From Candidatus Kaelpia imicola (lineage in GTDB: Bacteria; Omnitrophota; Gorgyraeia; Kaelpiales; Kaelpiaceae): DNA of 64,000 bases. Positions 7,797 through 16,792 of this stretch are shown one piece after another. Where the stretch lies: the NCBI GenBank assembly GCA_030765505.1, contig JAVCCL010000004.1:35933-99932 (forward strand). The letters run 5' to 3'. The stretch's first letter is position 1. Each line of letters begins with the position of its first letter. The notes beneath the pieces are model-generated. The model ran no database searches. It worked only from the letters and a program-made list of their open reading frames with translations, and was not told the DNA's origin. The position numbers and the translations under genes were made by a program.

Positions 7797-7965
7797 CTAC
7801 TAAAAATATCCAAAAGGAGGCGATGGAAGCTAAGACAGAGAAGCATTAGTAGCCGGTTTTCTGATGATAGCCGTGGCTTATACCTATAGTGCCGGTAGTT
7901 TAGCGGAGCATCTCGAGATAAATATCTATAGTTGAATTTCAACGGGGCAAGCCTACTCACAGTCA
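7797..7965 (+). repeat. att-like unit, copy 5: leader plus tRNA-Met 3' half (7875-7965) with a 47-bp T-loop insert (7901-7947)
   Basis: CCAAAAGGAGGCGATGGAAGCTAAG leader as at 5188; insert nearly identical to 5295-5342. Confidence 0.85.
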
Positions 7966-8020
7966 GTAGTTTTGGAGTTTTTTTATTGATTCTTTTTAAA
8001 TAAGGTGTAACTTAAATACT

Positions 8021-8368
8021 ATGATTGAGCGTCGTAAATATCCAAGATTAGATAATTTTCTTAGTGTTAATTATAAGGTATTAGGTATAGACGATTCTCT
8101 GGTTAATACCGTATGTAAGAATATCAGCGCAGGAGGGATATGTTTTCCTGTTAAAGAAGATATACAACAGGAGACTCTATTGGAAATAGATATCTATATC
8201 AGAGAGATAAAGAAAGGTATCCAAGCTAAAGGCAGGGTCGTCTGGTTAAAAAGAAGAGAGGATAAATGTTATCCTTATATTGTAGGTGTTGAATTTACCG
8301 AGATTGAAGATGGTGAGCGTGATTTTATTCTTCATTATGTTTGGGAAAAATTGAGGGAAAAAGAATAA
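8021..8368 (+). CDS. PilZ domain protein (c-di-GMP receptor)
   Basis: ERRKYPR (RxxxR) and NISAGG (D/NxSxxG). Confidence 0.92.
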   Translation: MIERRKYPRLDNFLSVNYKVLGIDDSLVNTVCKNISAGGICFPVKEDIQQETLLEIDIYIREIKKGIQAKGRVVWLKRREDKCYPYIVGVEFTEIEDGERDFILHYVWEKLREKE

Positions 8369-8492
8369 TCCAGACCGTTAATAGTTTCATTACTATCATT
8401 ACTTAATAAACTTGGCTGTATCTGTAGTGCAAAATGAGTATTCTTTATCAGCTTTATTTTCTCAGGAATTCTAGTAAAATAATTTCTGTTAT

Positions 8493-9482
8493 ATGAAGTT
8501 AAAAAATGAGGTTAGAGATACTATATCTGAATATTTTCTCATAAAGAGAGGAGAGAATATCTTGCTATCAGTATCGGGTGGACCCGATTCTGTTGCTATG
8601 GTTTATATCCTAAATGAGTTAAGATCTGAAATAGGATTTAATATGGCTCTGGGTTATTTTCATCATGGGATAAGGAAAGATTCTGATAAAGAACAGAAAT
8701 ACGTAGAAGGACTTGCTGCTGTTTTTAAAATTGATTTTTATACTAAAAGATCTGATATACCTCTTATTTCAAAAAAAGAGAAGAGTTCTCTTGAGGATAC
8801 TGCAAGAAGAGAGAGATATAAGTTTTTAATATCAACAGCTAAAAGGAGAGAGTTTGATAAGATAGCCGTTGCTCATAATAGCGATGATCAGGCTGAGACT
8901 ATATTGCAAAGATTGATGCGGGGCTCAGGGTTAAGAGGTTTTAGAGGTATCTCTTTCAAGATGGATATGGATGGAGTAGAGATAGTAAGACCGTTACTTT
9001 CCTCTTCAAGGAAAGAGATAGAGAGATATTTAGAGAAGAATAAGATATCTCCATGCATAGATAAGAGTAATTTTGATACTAAATTTAATCGTAATAAGGT
9101 TAGACATGAGTTGATACCTTATATAGAAAAGGAATTTAATCCAAACATCAAAGAGCTTCTCTGTAAAACAGCCTCCAACATGTCGCAGCTGCATAGTTTT
9201 ATAGAGGCTGAAGTTGAAGATGTTTTTAAAAGGTGTGTGAAAAAGGAATCTTCTTATGTTAAGATAAAGACCGATAGATTAAAAAGATTCCATTCTTATA
9301 TTATGGCGGAGCTTGTGAGAAAAGCAGTTGAGGTGGTTAAAGGAGATCTAAAGAGGTTTGAATATTCTCACTGGAAAGAGATAGAGTCATTAATTTATGA
9401 ACGTCCGGATAATTCCGTAGTAGATTTACCTGGAGGGATAAAGGTTAGGAAAGCGAAATCTTGGATAACTATAGGGAGGTAG
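8493..9482 (+). CDS. tilS: tRNA(Ile)-lysidine synthetase
   Basis: SGGPDS, AHNSDDQAET, RPLL, RNKVRH. Confidence 0.96.
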   Translation: MKLKNEVRDTISEYFLIKRGENILLSVSGGPDSVAMVYILNELRSEIGFNMALGYFHHGIRKDSDKEQKYVEGLAAVFKIDFYTKRSDIPLISKKEKSSLEDTARRERYKFLISTAKRREFDKIAVAHNSDDQAETILQRLMRGSGLRGFRGISFKMDMDGVEIVRPLLSSSRKEIERYLEKNKISPCIDKSNFDTKFNRNKVRHELIPYIEKEFNPNIKELLCKTASNMSQLHSFIEAEVEDVFKRCVKKESSYVKIKTDRLKRFHSYIMAELVRKAVEVVKGDLKRFEYSHWKEIESLIYERPDNSVVDLPGGIKVRKAKSWITIGR

Positions 9483-9488
9483 ATAAAT

Positions 9489-11351
9489 ATGGAGAAGAAG
9501 AAAAAAGATAAAAAGAGAGAATATCGCAATAGGAGTCTTTTAATTTGGCTTCTGGTTATGGTTTTGTTCTATATGTTTTGGCAGAGTAATGTAGATCAGG
9601 GGTTAAGCCAGATAGAGCTTAAATACTCAGAGTTTTACAAAATGTTAAAAGAGAGTCCTGATGATATAAGATCGGTTGTTAAGACCGAAAATTTAATAAG
9701 AGGTGAATTGAAAGACGGGACTGAATTTAGAGTGATGATTCCTAATGAAGACAGGGATTTCATAGTTCTTATGCGGAATAATATATCTGATTTTAGAGTA
9801 GAACCTCCTAAAACATTGCTATTACAGGTTCTTTTCTCCGTTGGACCAATTTTGCTCTTCATTGCTTTTCTTTGGTTCTTGCACCGTGGTTCAAAAGGGG
9901 GAGCAGGCAGGATATTCTCGTTTGGAAAGATGAAGACTAAGTTTGGCTTGGATGGACAGGGCAAGGTTACCTTTGATGATGTTGCCGGGGTTGCAGAAGC
10001 AAAGGAAGAGTTAAAAGAGATAATAGATTTTCTTACAGATCCAAAGAAATTTCAGCGCTTAGGAGGAAAGATTCCAAGAGGTGTTCTTTTAACAGGACCT
10101 CCTGGAACAGGTAAGACACTTCTTGCAAAGGCTGTAAGTGGAGAGGCTGGAGTTCTCTTTTCATCTCTATCGGGATCAGATTTTGTTGAGATGTTTGTTG
10201 GCGTAGGTGCTGCAAGAGTTAGAGACTTATTTGAGCAATCTAAGCGCCACACTCGTAATACCGGTAAGGGCTGTATTATATTTATAGATGAGATAGATGC
10301 TGTTGGTCGTCAGAGGTTTGCAGGTATAGGCGGAGGGCACGACGAGAGAGAGCAGACTTTAAATGCTCTTTTAGCTGAGATGGACGGCTTTGGTACTGAT
10401 GAGAGTGTTATAGTTATTGCAGCAACCAATAGACCGGATGTATTAGACCCGGCACTGCTTAGACCGGGTAGATTTGATAGAATTATTATTGTTGGTAGCC
10501 CTGATGTAAAGGGAAGAGAGGACATTCTTAAGGTCCATGTAAGGAATAAGAAAGTTGCAAAAAGAGTAGATTTAAATAAGATTGCGCGTCAGACTTCAGG
10601 GTTCTCAGGTGCCGATCTTGCCAATCTATGCAACGAGTCAGCTCTTTTGGCTGCAAGGCGCGGTAAAGATGAGATTACAATGGATGAAATGGATGAATCG
10701 ATAGATAGAGTTATGGCAGGTCCGCAGAGAAAGTCAAGAGTGATGAGTGAACATGAGAAAAAGCTTACCGCTTTCCATGAGGCTGGACATGCCTTAGTAT
10801 CGCTGCTTTTGCCCAATGTTGAGCCGCTACATAAGGTCTCTATTATTCCTCGCGGTATGATGGGGGGGTATACGAAGTTTTTAGAAGAAGATAAAGAATA
10901 TCAGACAAAAAATGAGATATTAGATAAAATTACTGTTGGTTTAGCAGGACGAGCGGCGGAGGAACTTGCTTTGGGTGAGATCTCAACAGGTGCTAGCCAT
11001 GATATTGAGATTGTGACTAAATTCGCGCGTAATATGGTCTGTGTTTTTGGTATGAGTGAGAAACTGGGTAATGTATCTTTGGATAAGCATTCAGGGCCTG
11101 TCTTTTTAGGTAGAGATCTTGTTGCAGAGAAACATTATAGTGAGAAGACGGCTGAAGAGATCGATAAAGAGATAAAGACTATAATAGATCAGTGCTATCA
11201 CACTGCAAAACAGCTGCTTGGAAAGAACCGTGAAAAGTTATATCTCCTGGCCAATACTCTTCTTGATAAGGAGACTTTGGAGGGGGATAGAGTAAGAAAG
11301 CTCTTGGGTATCAAAGATAAGAAGAGAGATGAGCAAAATAAGAGTTCTTGA
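9489..11351 (+). CDS. ftsH: ATP-dependent zinc metalloprotease FtsH
   Basis: Two TM helices, [13 protein letters not shown]. Confidence 0.98.
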   Translation: MEKKKKDKKREYRNRSLLIWLLVMVLFYMFWQSNVDQGLSQIELKYSEFYKMLKESPDDIRSVVKTENLIRGELKDGTEFRVMIPNEDRDFIVLMRNNISDFRVEPPKTLLLQVLFSVGPILLFIAFLWFLHRGSKGGAGRIFSFGKMKTKFGLDGQGKVTFDDVAGVAEAKEELKEIIDFLTDPKKFQRLGGKIPRGVLLTGPPGTGKTLLAKAVSGEAGVLFSSLSGSDFVEMFVGVGAARVRDLFEQSKRHTRNTGKGCIIFIDEIDAVGRQRFAGIGGGHDEREQTLNALLAEMDGFGTDESVIVIAATNRPDVLDPALLRPGRFDRIIIVGSPDVKGREDILKVHVRNKKVAKRVDLNKIARQTSGFSGADLANLCNESALLAARRGKDEITMDEMDESIDRVMAGPQRKSRVMSEHEKKLTAFHEAGHALVSLLLPNVEPLHKVSIIPRGMMGGYTKFLEEDKEYQTKNEILDKITVGLAGRAAEELALGEISTGASHDIEIVTKFARNMVCVFGMSEKLGNVSLDKHSGPVFLGRDLVAEKHYSEKTAEEIDKEIKTIIDQCYHTAKQLLGKNREKLYLLANTLLDKETLEGDRVRKLLGIKDKKRDEQNKSS

Positions 11352-12522
11352 TTTAAATTTCAATGAACTCAAGAGTGAGTTTGATAGGCTTAATGTAGAT
11401 ATCTATGGCTCTAAGGTTATGCTTCCTAAGGGTAGTTTTCGCATTGTTAAGATAGAGAGCATTGCTTCGGTCTCTGCAAATGTGATAAAGCAGCAGATGT
11501 TATCTAATGGGGGAGATGCTGCAGTCAGCAGAAGTTCTATTGATGGAAGCAAGAAGAGAACAGGTTGCATAATTATGGGCACAGAGAAGCAGTACCAGGA
11601 GTTGATAAAAAAGCTAAGGCTTCAGCCTTGGGGATTATCTGAAGTTTCAGATAAAATTAAAGAATCTTTAAGTAGGTTTAATAGTAAGATGTCCAATATA
11701 AGTTTAGGGAGTAGTAAAATATCTTTTGGTAAGAGAACCAGGATTATGGGTATTGTTAATATTACTCCCGATTCTTTCAGCAATGGAGGTAAGTTCTTAA
11801 ACTCCAGCAGCGCTGCTGAACAGATATATAGATTGGTAGATCAGGGAGCTGATATTATCGATATAGGCGGTGAGTCTTCAAGGCCTGGATCCGGTAATGT
11901 TAGAACAGATGAGGAGCTTAAGAGGGTTATTCCTGTAATAAAGAGAGTGCGTAAAAAGATTAAAGTGCCTATATCGATTGACACCCGTAAGTCAGAAGTT
12001 GCAAGGAAGGCTCTTGAGTCTGGGGCTGACATTGTAAATGATATCTCCTCATTCGGTTATGATCCTAAGATGGCCAAAGTTTTAGCAGAGTATAAGGTCC
12101 CGGTTATTCTTATGCATATGAAAGGAACTCCTAAGACAATGCAGAGAGCTCCGGAGTATAGAGACGTAATATCTGAGATCTATGAATATCTTGAGAAAAA
12201 GATTTCTTTAGCTGCTGAAAAAGGTATCAGTAGGGATAAGATCATAATAGATCCCGGCATAGGTTTTGGTAAGGGAGTGGAGGATAATATAGAGATAATC
12301 GGGCGTTTGAGAGAGTTTAGATCCTTAGGCAGACCTGTTCTGATAGGATTATCCAGAAAGTCTTTTATAGGCGGTATTTTAAAAAAATCTGTTGACGGGA
12401 GATTATATGGTTCACTAGGCAGCTATGCTTGTGCTATTATAAATGGAGCGGATATTTTGAGAGTCCATGATGTTCGTGAAACAAGAGATTTGGTAAGAGT
12501 AATAGATAGAATTAAAAGATGA
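11329..12522 (+). CDS. folP: Dihydropteroate synthase with N-terminal extension
   Basis: MGIVNITPDSFS, DPGIGFGK, SRKSF, RVHDV. Confidence 0.95.
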   Translation: MSKIRVLDLNFNELKSEFDRLNVDIYGSKVMLPKGSFRIVKIESIASVSANVIKQQMLSNGGDAAVSRSSIDGSKKRTGCIIMGTEKQYQELIKKLRLQPWGLSEVSDKIKESLSRFNSKMSNISLGSSKISFGKRTRIMGIVNITPDSFSNGGKFLNSSSAAEQIYRLVDQGADIIDIGGESSRPGSGNVRTDEELKRVIPVIKRVRKKIKVPISIDTRKSEVARKALESGADIVNDISSFGYDPKMAKVLAEYKVPVILMHMKGTPKTMQRAPEYRDVISEIYEYLEKKISLAAEKGISRDKIIIDPGIGFGKGVEDNIEIIGRLREFRSLGRPVLIGLSRKSFIGGILKKSVDGRLYGSLGSYACAIINGADILRVHDVRETRDLVRVIDRIKR

Positions 12523-13319
12523 AATTTATATCGCCTCTAATAGTTTTTTTAATTGAAATTGCTGTGTTATGGTTTATTTACTATAAGGTTCTTCGTTTCA
12601 TAGAGACAACGCGCGGTAAGCAAGTTCTTAAAGGATTATTATTGGTCTTGATACTTTTTTTGGTTTCACAGCTATTCAACCTGGAGGTTATGCATTGGCT
12701 TCTAACAAAGCTTTTTACTATCTCCATTCTGGCATTTATAGTGATATTTCAACCCGAACTTAGACGTGGTTTGGCAAGGTTGGGTGAGTATTCACCTTTT
12801 ACTCTTGCCGTGAGAGAAGAGAGAGTAGTAGATGAAATAGTAATAGCATCTTATACTCTGGCAAAGAGAAATATCGGTGCACTTATTGCAATACAACGCC
12901 AGGTAAATCTAGACCCTTTTATAGAGTCTGGCATCTTCATAGATAGTACTATAAGCGCAGAGTTATTAGTGGCTATTTTTACCCCGTATAACCCCTTACA
13001 TGATGGAGGAGTTATTATTGAGTCTAATAAAATCAAAACAGCATCCTGTCTTTTTCCTTTGACTCAAAATCAAAATCTACCTAAAAGAATAGGCACTCGT
13101 CACAGGTCCGCTATCGGTTTAAGCGAGGAGACTGATGCGGTTATTGTGATTGTCTCTGAAGAGACCGGGGATGTATCTATAGCATTAAGAGGAGAGTTGT
13201 ACCAGAATCTAAGTGCTGAAGAATTAGGCAGTAAGTTGCTGGTTCTATGTAGTAGGAAAATAACAAGAGAAGAAGAGGGGAGAATAGCGTCTTTAGATGA
13301 AGCTGATAGCAGCAATTAA
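12519..13319 (+). CDS. cdaA: Diadenylate cyclase CdaA
   Basis: 3 TM helices, FQPELRR, HDGG, GTRHR. Confidence 0.95.
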   Translation: MKFISPLIVFLIEIAVLWFIYYKVLRFIETTRGKQVLKGLLLVLILFLVSQLFNLEVMHWLLTKLFTISILAFIVIFQPELRRGLARLGEYSPFTLAVREERVVDEIVIASYTLAKRNIGALIAIQRQVNLDPFIESGIFIDSTISAELLVAIFTPYNPLHDGGVIIESNKIKTASCLFPLTQNQNLPKRIGTRHRSAIGLSEETDAVIVIVSEETGDVSIALRGELYQNLSAEELGSKLLVLCSRKITREEEGRIASLDEADSSN

Positions 13320-13719
13320 AAGTAATTTTGGATATAAGCTGATAGCTCTACTGCTCGCCATAACTACCTATCTCTATGTTCAGGGAGAGATAGGTATTAA
13401 AGGTATTGGTTTGGGGGAGAAGTGGCTTTTAGAAGATGTAATCTCAAAAGTAGTTCCGACTAAGGTCTCTATAAAAGGAGAACCTCCTGAAGGATATGAG
13501 GTTTTAAAATCGAATATAATCCTCGCCCCAGAGAGAGTGATAATCATGGGCAGGAAAGATGATATTATGAATATTTCAGAGGTTGCGACTCAAGAGATAG
13601 ATGTGCGAAAATTTACTCATACCCAGGTGTTATCCGTTTCGCTTCTGGCTTTAGAGAATGCTATTATAATGAGCTCTAAGACAGTGACTGTAGAGATCCC
13701 TATTATGTCATTACGGTAA
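13297..13719 (+). CDS. cdaR: CdaR/YbbR-like protein (single domain)
   Basis: TM anchor plus GEPPEGYEV...PERVIIMG; follows cdaA. Confidence 0.75.
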   Translation: MKLIAAIKSNFGYKLIALLLAITTYLYVQGEIGIKGIGLGEKWLLEDVISKVVPTKVSIKGEPPEGYEVLKSNIILAPERVIIMGRKDDIMNISEVATQEIDVRKFTHTQVLSVSLLALENAIIMSSKTVTVEIPIMSLR

Positions 13720-13724
13720 AATCA

Positions 13725-14435
13725 ATGAGGTTAGGTTTAAATATAGATCATGTTGCAACAGTGAGAGAGGCGCGGGGAGGAGACGAACCAAACCCTATTG
13801 AGGCTCTTCTGGCAGCTGAGGAAGCTGGCTGTGATTCTATAGTAGCACATTTAAGAGAAGACCGAAGGCATATCAACGACTCTGATGTAAGAGAGATAAG
13901 AACTAGCGTTAAGACAGCTTTCAATATGGAGATGTCAATTGCAGAAGATATCGTCAGGGTAGCTTTAGATGTTAAGCCTGATGAAGTGACTTTTGTTCCT
14001 GAGAAGAGAGAAGAGTTAACAACAGAGGGAGGACTTGATGTTTTAACTTACCAAAATAGGCTTGTCGATGTTATTCCGGAATTTAAGAAAAACAATATAA
14101 AAGTAACTCTTTTTATAGATTCGGACAGAGAACAGATAGAGGCTTCATCCAAGGTTGGTGCTGATTGTATAGAGATTCATACCGGCTCTTTTGCCGAGGC
14201 TTTTAAGAAAGGTCTTTATAGGGAAGAGTTGGATAAGATAATAGAAGGAGTTGACATGGCAAGATCGCTCAACCTCAGAGTCAATGCCGGACACGGCCTT
14301 AACTATGAAAATGTTTCTGAGATTGTTAAGATAGAAGGAATTGAATCTTTAAATATAGGACATTCAATAATATCAAGAGCAGTCTTTTCAGGAATTGAAT
14401 CTGCGGTAAAGAAGATGCTTAAACTTATAAAATGA
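13725..14435 (+). CDS. pdxJ: Pyridoxine 5'-phosphate synthase
   Basis: NIDHVATVR, HLREDRRHI, AGHGL. Confidence 0.97.
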   Translation: MRLGLNIDHVATVREARGGDEPNPIEALLAAEEAGCDSIVAHLREDRRHINDSDVREIRTSVKTAFNMEMSIAEDIVRVALDVKPDEVTFVPEKREELTTEGGLDVLTYQNRLVDVIPEFKKNNIKVTLFIDSDREQIEASSKVGADCIEIHTGSFAEAFKKGLYREELDKIIEGVDMARSLNLRVNAGHGLNYENVSEIVKIEGIESLNIGHSIISRAVFSGIESAVKKMLKLIK

Positions 14436-14806
14436 AGATATTGGCTACCGGAATAGATATAATTGAAGTTAAGAGAGTAAAGAATATCTATTTGAAATTT
14501 AAAGATAGGTTTCTAAACAAAATATTAACTTTAGAAGAGGCTGGTGAACTGGAGAGTAAAGGTAAGAGTTACTATCAATCTCTTGCAGCCAGAGTTGCAG
14601 CAAAAGAAGCAATATATAAGGCTTTAAATTCCTATGACCATAGAATCACTCCTAAGTGGAAGGATATCTCAATATATAATCAGGAGAATGGTTCCCCTGG
14701 TGTGAGGTTAAATTTTAACCTTGATCTTGGAGCAGCGATAGTACTCAGTATCTCCCATACAGACAATTATGCAGTTGCCAATGCTATATTGTTGCAGGAA
14801 GGCTGA
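14432..14806 (+). CDS. acpS: Holo-ACP synthase
   Basis: GIDIIE, AAKEAIYKA, LSISH. Confidence 0.95.
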   Translation: MKILATGIDIIEVKRVKNIYLKFKDRFLNKILTLEEAGELESKGKSYYQSLAARVAAKEAIYKALNSYDHRITPKWKDISIYNQENGSPGVRLNFNLDLGAAIVLSISHTDNYAVANAILLQEG

Positions 14807-15681
14807 TGCAGGATAAGATATTAAGTTATTTCAAGAAGATATATCCCAGAGAGAAAGATAGCCATAAGGGCGATTACGGCAGAGTCTTTATTCTTGCAGG
14901 TTCGGCTGGAATGAGTGGCGCAGCAATCTTAGCATCGCTGGCATCTTTAAGATCTGGAGCTGGACTTGTCTATCTGGGTATACCGCAAGGATTAAGCAAT
15001 ATAGTTCAAGAAAAACTGACAGAGGTTATAACAATTCCTTTAAAAGAGACTAAGAGCGGTAGCATTAGTCTCTCTGCATTAAGACAGATAAGACCATTAT
15101 TAAAAAAGGCTGATTTAGTATTGGTCGGCCCGGGCTTATCGCAGAATAAGCAGACTAAGAACCTAGTGCGGAGATTGATAGCTGAAGTTAAGAAACCTAT
15201 CATACTTGATGCAGATGGTATCAGCTCTTTTAAAAGAAAAGCTAGGTTGTTAAAAAAGAGAAAAGCAACCTCTCTTATATTAACGCCACATCTCGGTGAG
15301 TTTTCAACTATTTCAAAGATAAAGATAGATAAAATAAAAAAAGATAGAGAGGGCATTGCTAAAGATTTTGCCAAAAAATTTAATCTTACACTTGTTCTTA
15401 AGGGTCATAATACGCTTGTTGTCAGCCCTTACGGTGATAGCTATATAAACGATAGCGGTAATCCTGGCATGGCAACAGCAGGTAGCGGTGATGTTTTATC
15501 AGGAGTAATAGCATCTTTAAGAGCTCAAGGTCTCTCTGATTATGAGGCTTCTTCTTTAGGGGTCTATATTCATGGGCGTGCAGGGGATTTAGCTCAGGAG
15601 AAGAAGACAAGTCTATCGTTGATTGCTTCAGACATCATCTATTTCTTAACCTCTGTATTTAAAGAGCTTATAGCAGGTTAA
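14806..15681 (+). CDS. nnrD: ADP-dependent NAD(P)H-hydrate dehydratase
   Basis: SHKGDYG, DADG, TPHLGE, GSGDVLSG. Confidence 0.93.
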   Translation: MQDKILSYFKKIYPREKDSHKGDYGRVFILAGSAGMSGAAILASLASLRSGAGLVYLGIPQGLSNIVQEKLTEVITIPLKETKSGSISLSALRQIRPLLKKADLVLVGPGLSQNKQTKNLVRRLIAEVKKPIILDADGISSFKRKARLLKKRKATSLILTPHLGEFSTISKIKIDKIKKDREGIAKDFAKKFNLTLVLKGHNTLVVSPYGDSYINDSGNPGMATAGSGDVLSGVIASLRAQGLSDYEASSLGVYIHGRAGDLAQEKKTSLSLIASDIIYFLTSVFKELIAG

Positions 15682-15729
15682 ACCCACCTTATTTGTATCT
15701 CCATGTGATATATGGTATAAATGTTAAAA

Positions 15730-16692
15730 ATGAAGACTTTTATAAAGATAGTATTAATATCGGTATGTATTGCTGTATGTTTTCAGCCTTTCTCTGAGAG
15801 CCAAAATGCTTGCAGAAGGATTAAATCTCTCGATAAAGAGATAACTCCACCTCTAGGTGTAAATACAGAGGCTTTATTTAGAAATATTTGGACATTTTTG
15901 GAAATTTTTGATAGCCCTCAAGTCCTCGCTCAAGCGTATCCAGAACTTTCTTCTCTTTGTTTTAAAAGCTTTTCAAACCGTAAAATGACCAAGGCGGAAT
16001 ACAATGAAGTCATTAGTCATATCTCAGGCATTTCGGGTATAGCTATAGAAGAAATTTCCGGATATGAAGATTATTCCCGGCAATACGAATATACGAAAGT
16101 GTATGATATGCTAACTTCTTTTGAGCAGGAGTTTTTGTCGGTATTGAATAAAAGCGGGAATATGGAGTCTGTATTTAGGATGGTTAAATCTTTGAGCTTT
16201 GCTGATTATGTGGCAACGCAAGCAAGGCATGTTTTAAATGAAGAGATACCGAATCGTCAGCAGATGCTGAATCTATATAACTGGATTTTATCTGGCAATG
16301 AAAATATTTCAAAAATCAGTAGGAGCCAAAATGTTATTTTGGAGAATAAAGATTTTATCGTTGAAAATGGTGAAGAAATTGTAGCATATTCATTGGTTAT
16401 ATTATTTGATAAAAGTCAGCAAATGATAGATGGTTGTAATATAAAATTGGAAGGGCTGAAAGATAAGGGATTAAGAGAAAAGCAATATAATGATGATGTG
16501 CAAGTTATTGAAAACACTATGAAAGAAGAAAGGTTTCTGAGAATATTTCATGCAGCATTAATATATAATTTAATAGACAGGCCTTATCTCCAGGAAAAAT
16601 TACAGACAGTTAGAGCAATTATTGAAAACATGGTTATTGATCAAAATATTAAAAGCAAAGTACTCAGTCATTTCGGAATCTCCTTTCCTTAA
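15730..16692 (+). CDS. Exported hypothetical protein
   Basis: Signal peptide; own promoter TTGTAT(15693)-17-TATAAA(15716) favours the ATG at 15730. Confidence 0.7.
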   Translation: MKTFIKIVLISVCIAVCFQPFSESQNACRRIKSLDKEITPPLGVNTEALFRNIWTFLEIFDSPQVLAQAYPELSSLCFKSFSNRKMTKAEYNEVISHISGISGIAIEEISGYEDYSRQYEYTKVYDMLTSFEQEFLSVLNKSGNMESVFRMVKSLSFADYVATQARHVLNEEIPNRQQMLNLYNWILSGNENISKISRSQNVILENKDFIVENGEEIVAYSLVILFDKSQQMIDGCNIKLEGLKDKGLREKQYNDDVQVIENTMKEERFLRIFHAALIYNLIDRPYLQEKLQTVRAIIENMVIDQNIKSKVLSHFGISFP

Positions 16693-16718
16693 AATTTAAA
16701 ATATTTTCTTTTCATTCC

Positions 16719-16747
16719 TTGACAAAAACACCCCCTTTTTATACCAT
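16719..16747 (+). promoter_or_regulatory. sigma70 promoter of the EF-G paralogue
   Basis: TTGACA-17-TACCAT. Confidence 0.6.
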
Positions 16748-16792
16748 TTATTATAATTATCTAACTAATCAAATCTAGAAGGAGGATAAGGT

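Noticed and set aside
7769-7960. Minus-strand 63-aa ORF
   Set aside because: Antisense reading of att unit copy 5 with no protein features.
4236-7965. CRISPR array or intact tRNA genes
   Set aside because: Spacing is irregular and up to ~1.9 kb, the units are tRNA 3' halves lacking D-arm and 5' acceptor strand, and there are no cas genes.
11329-11720. N-terminal extension of FolP as a novel fusion
   Set aside because: Similar extended FolP proteins are known in other anaerobic bacteria.
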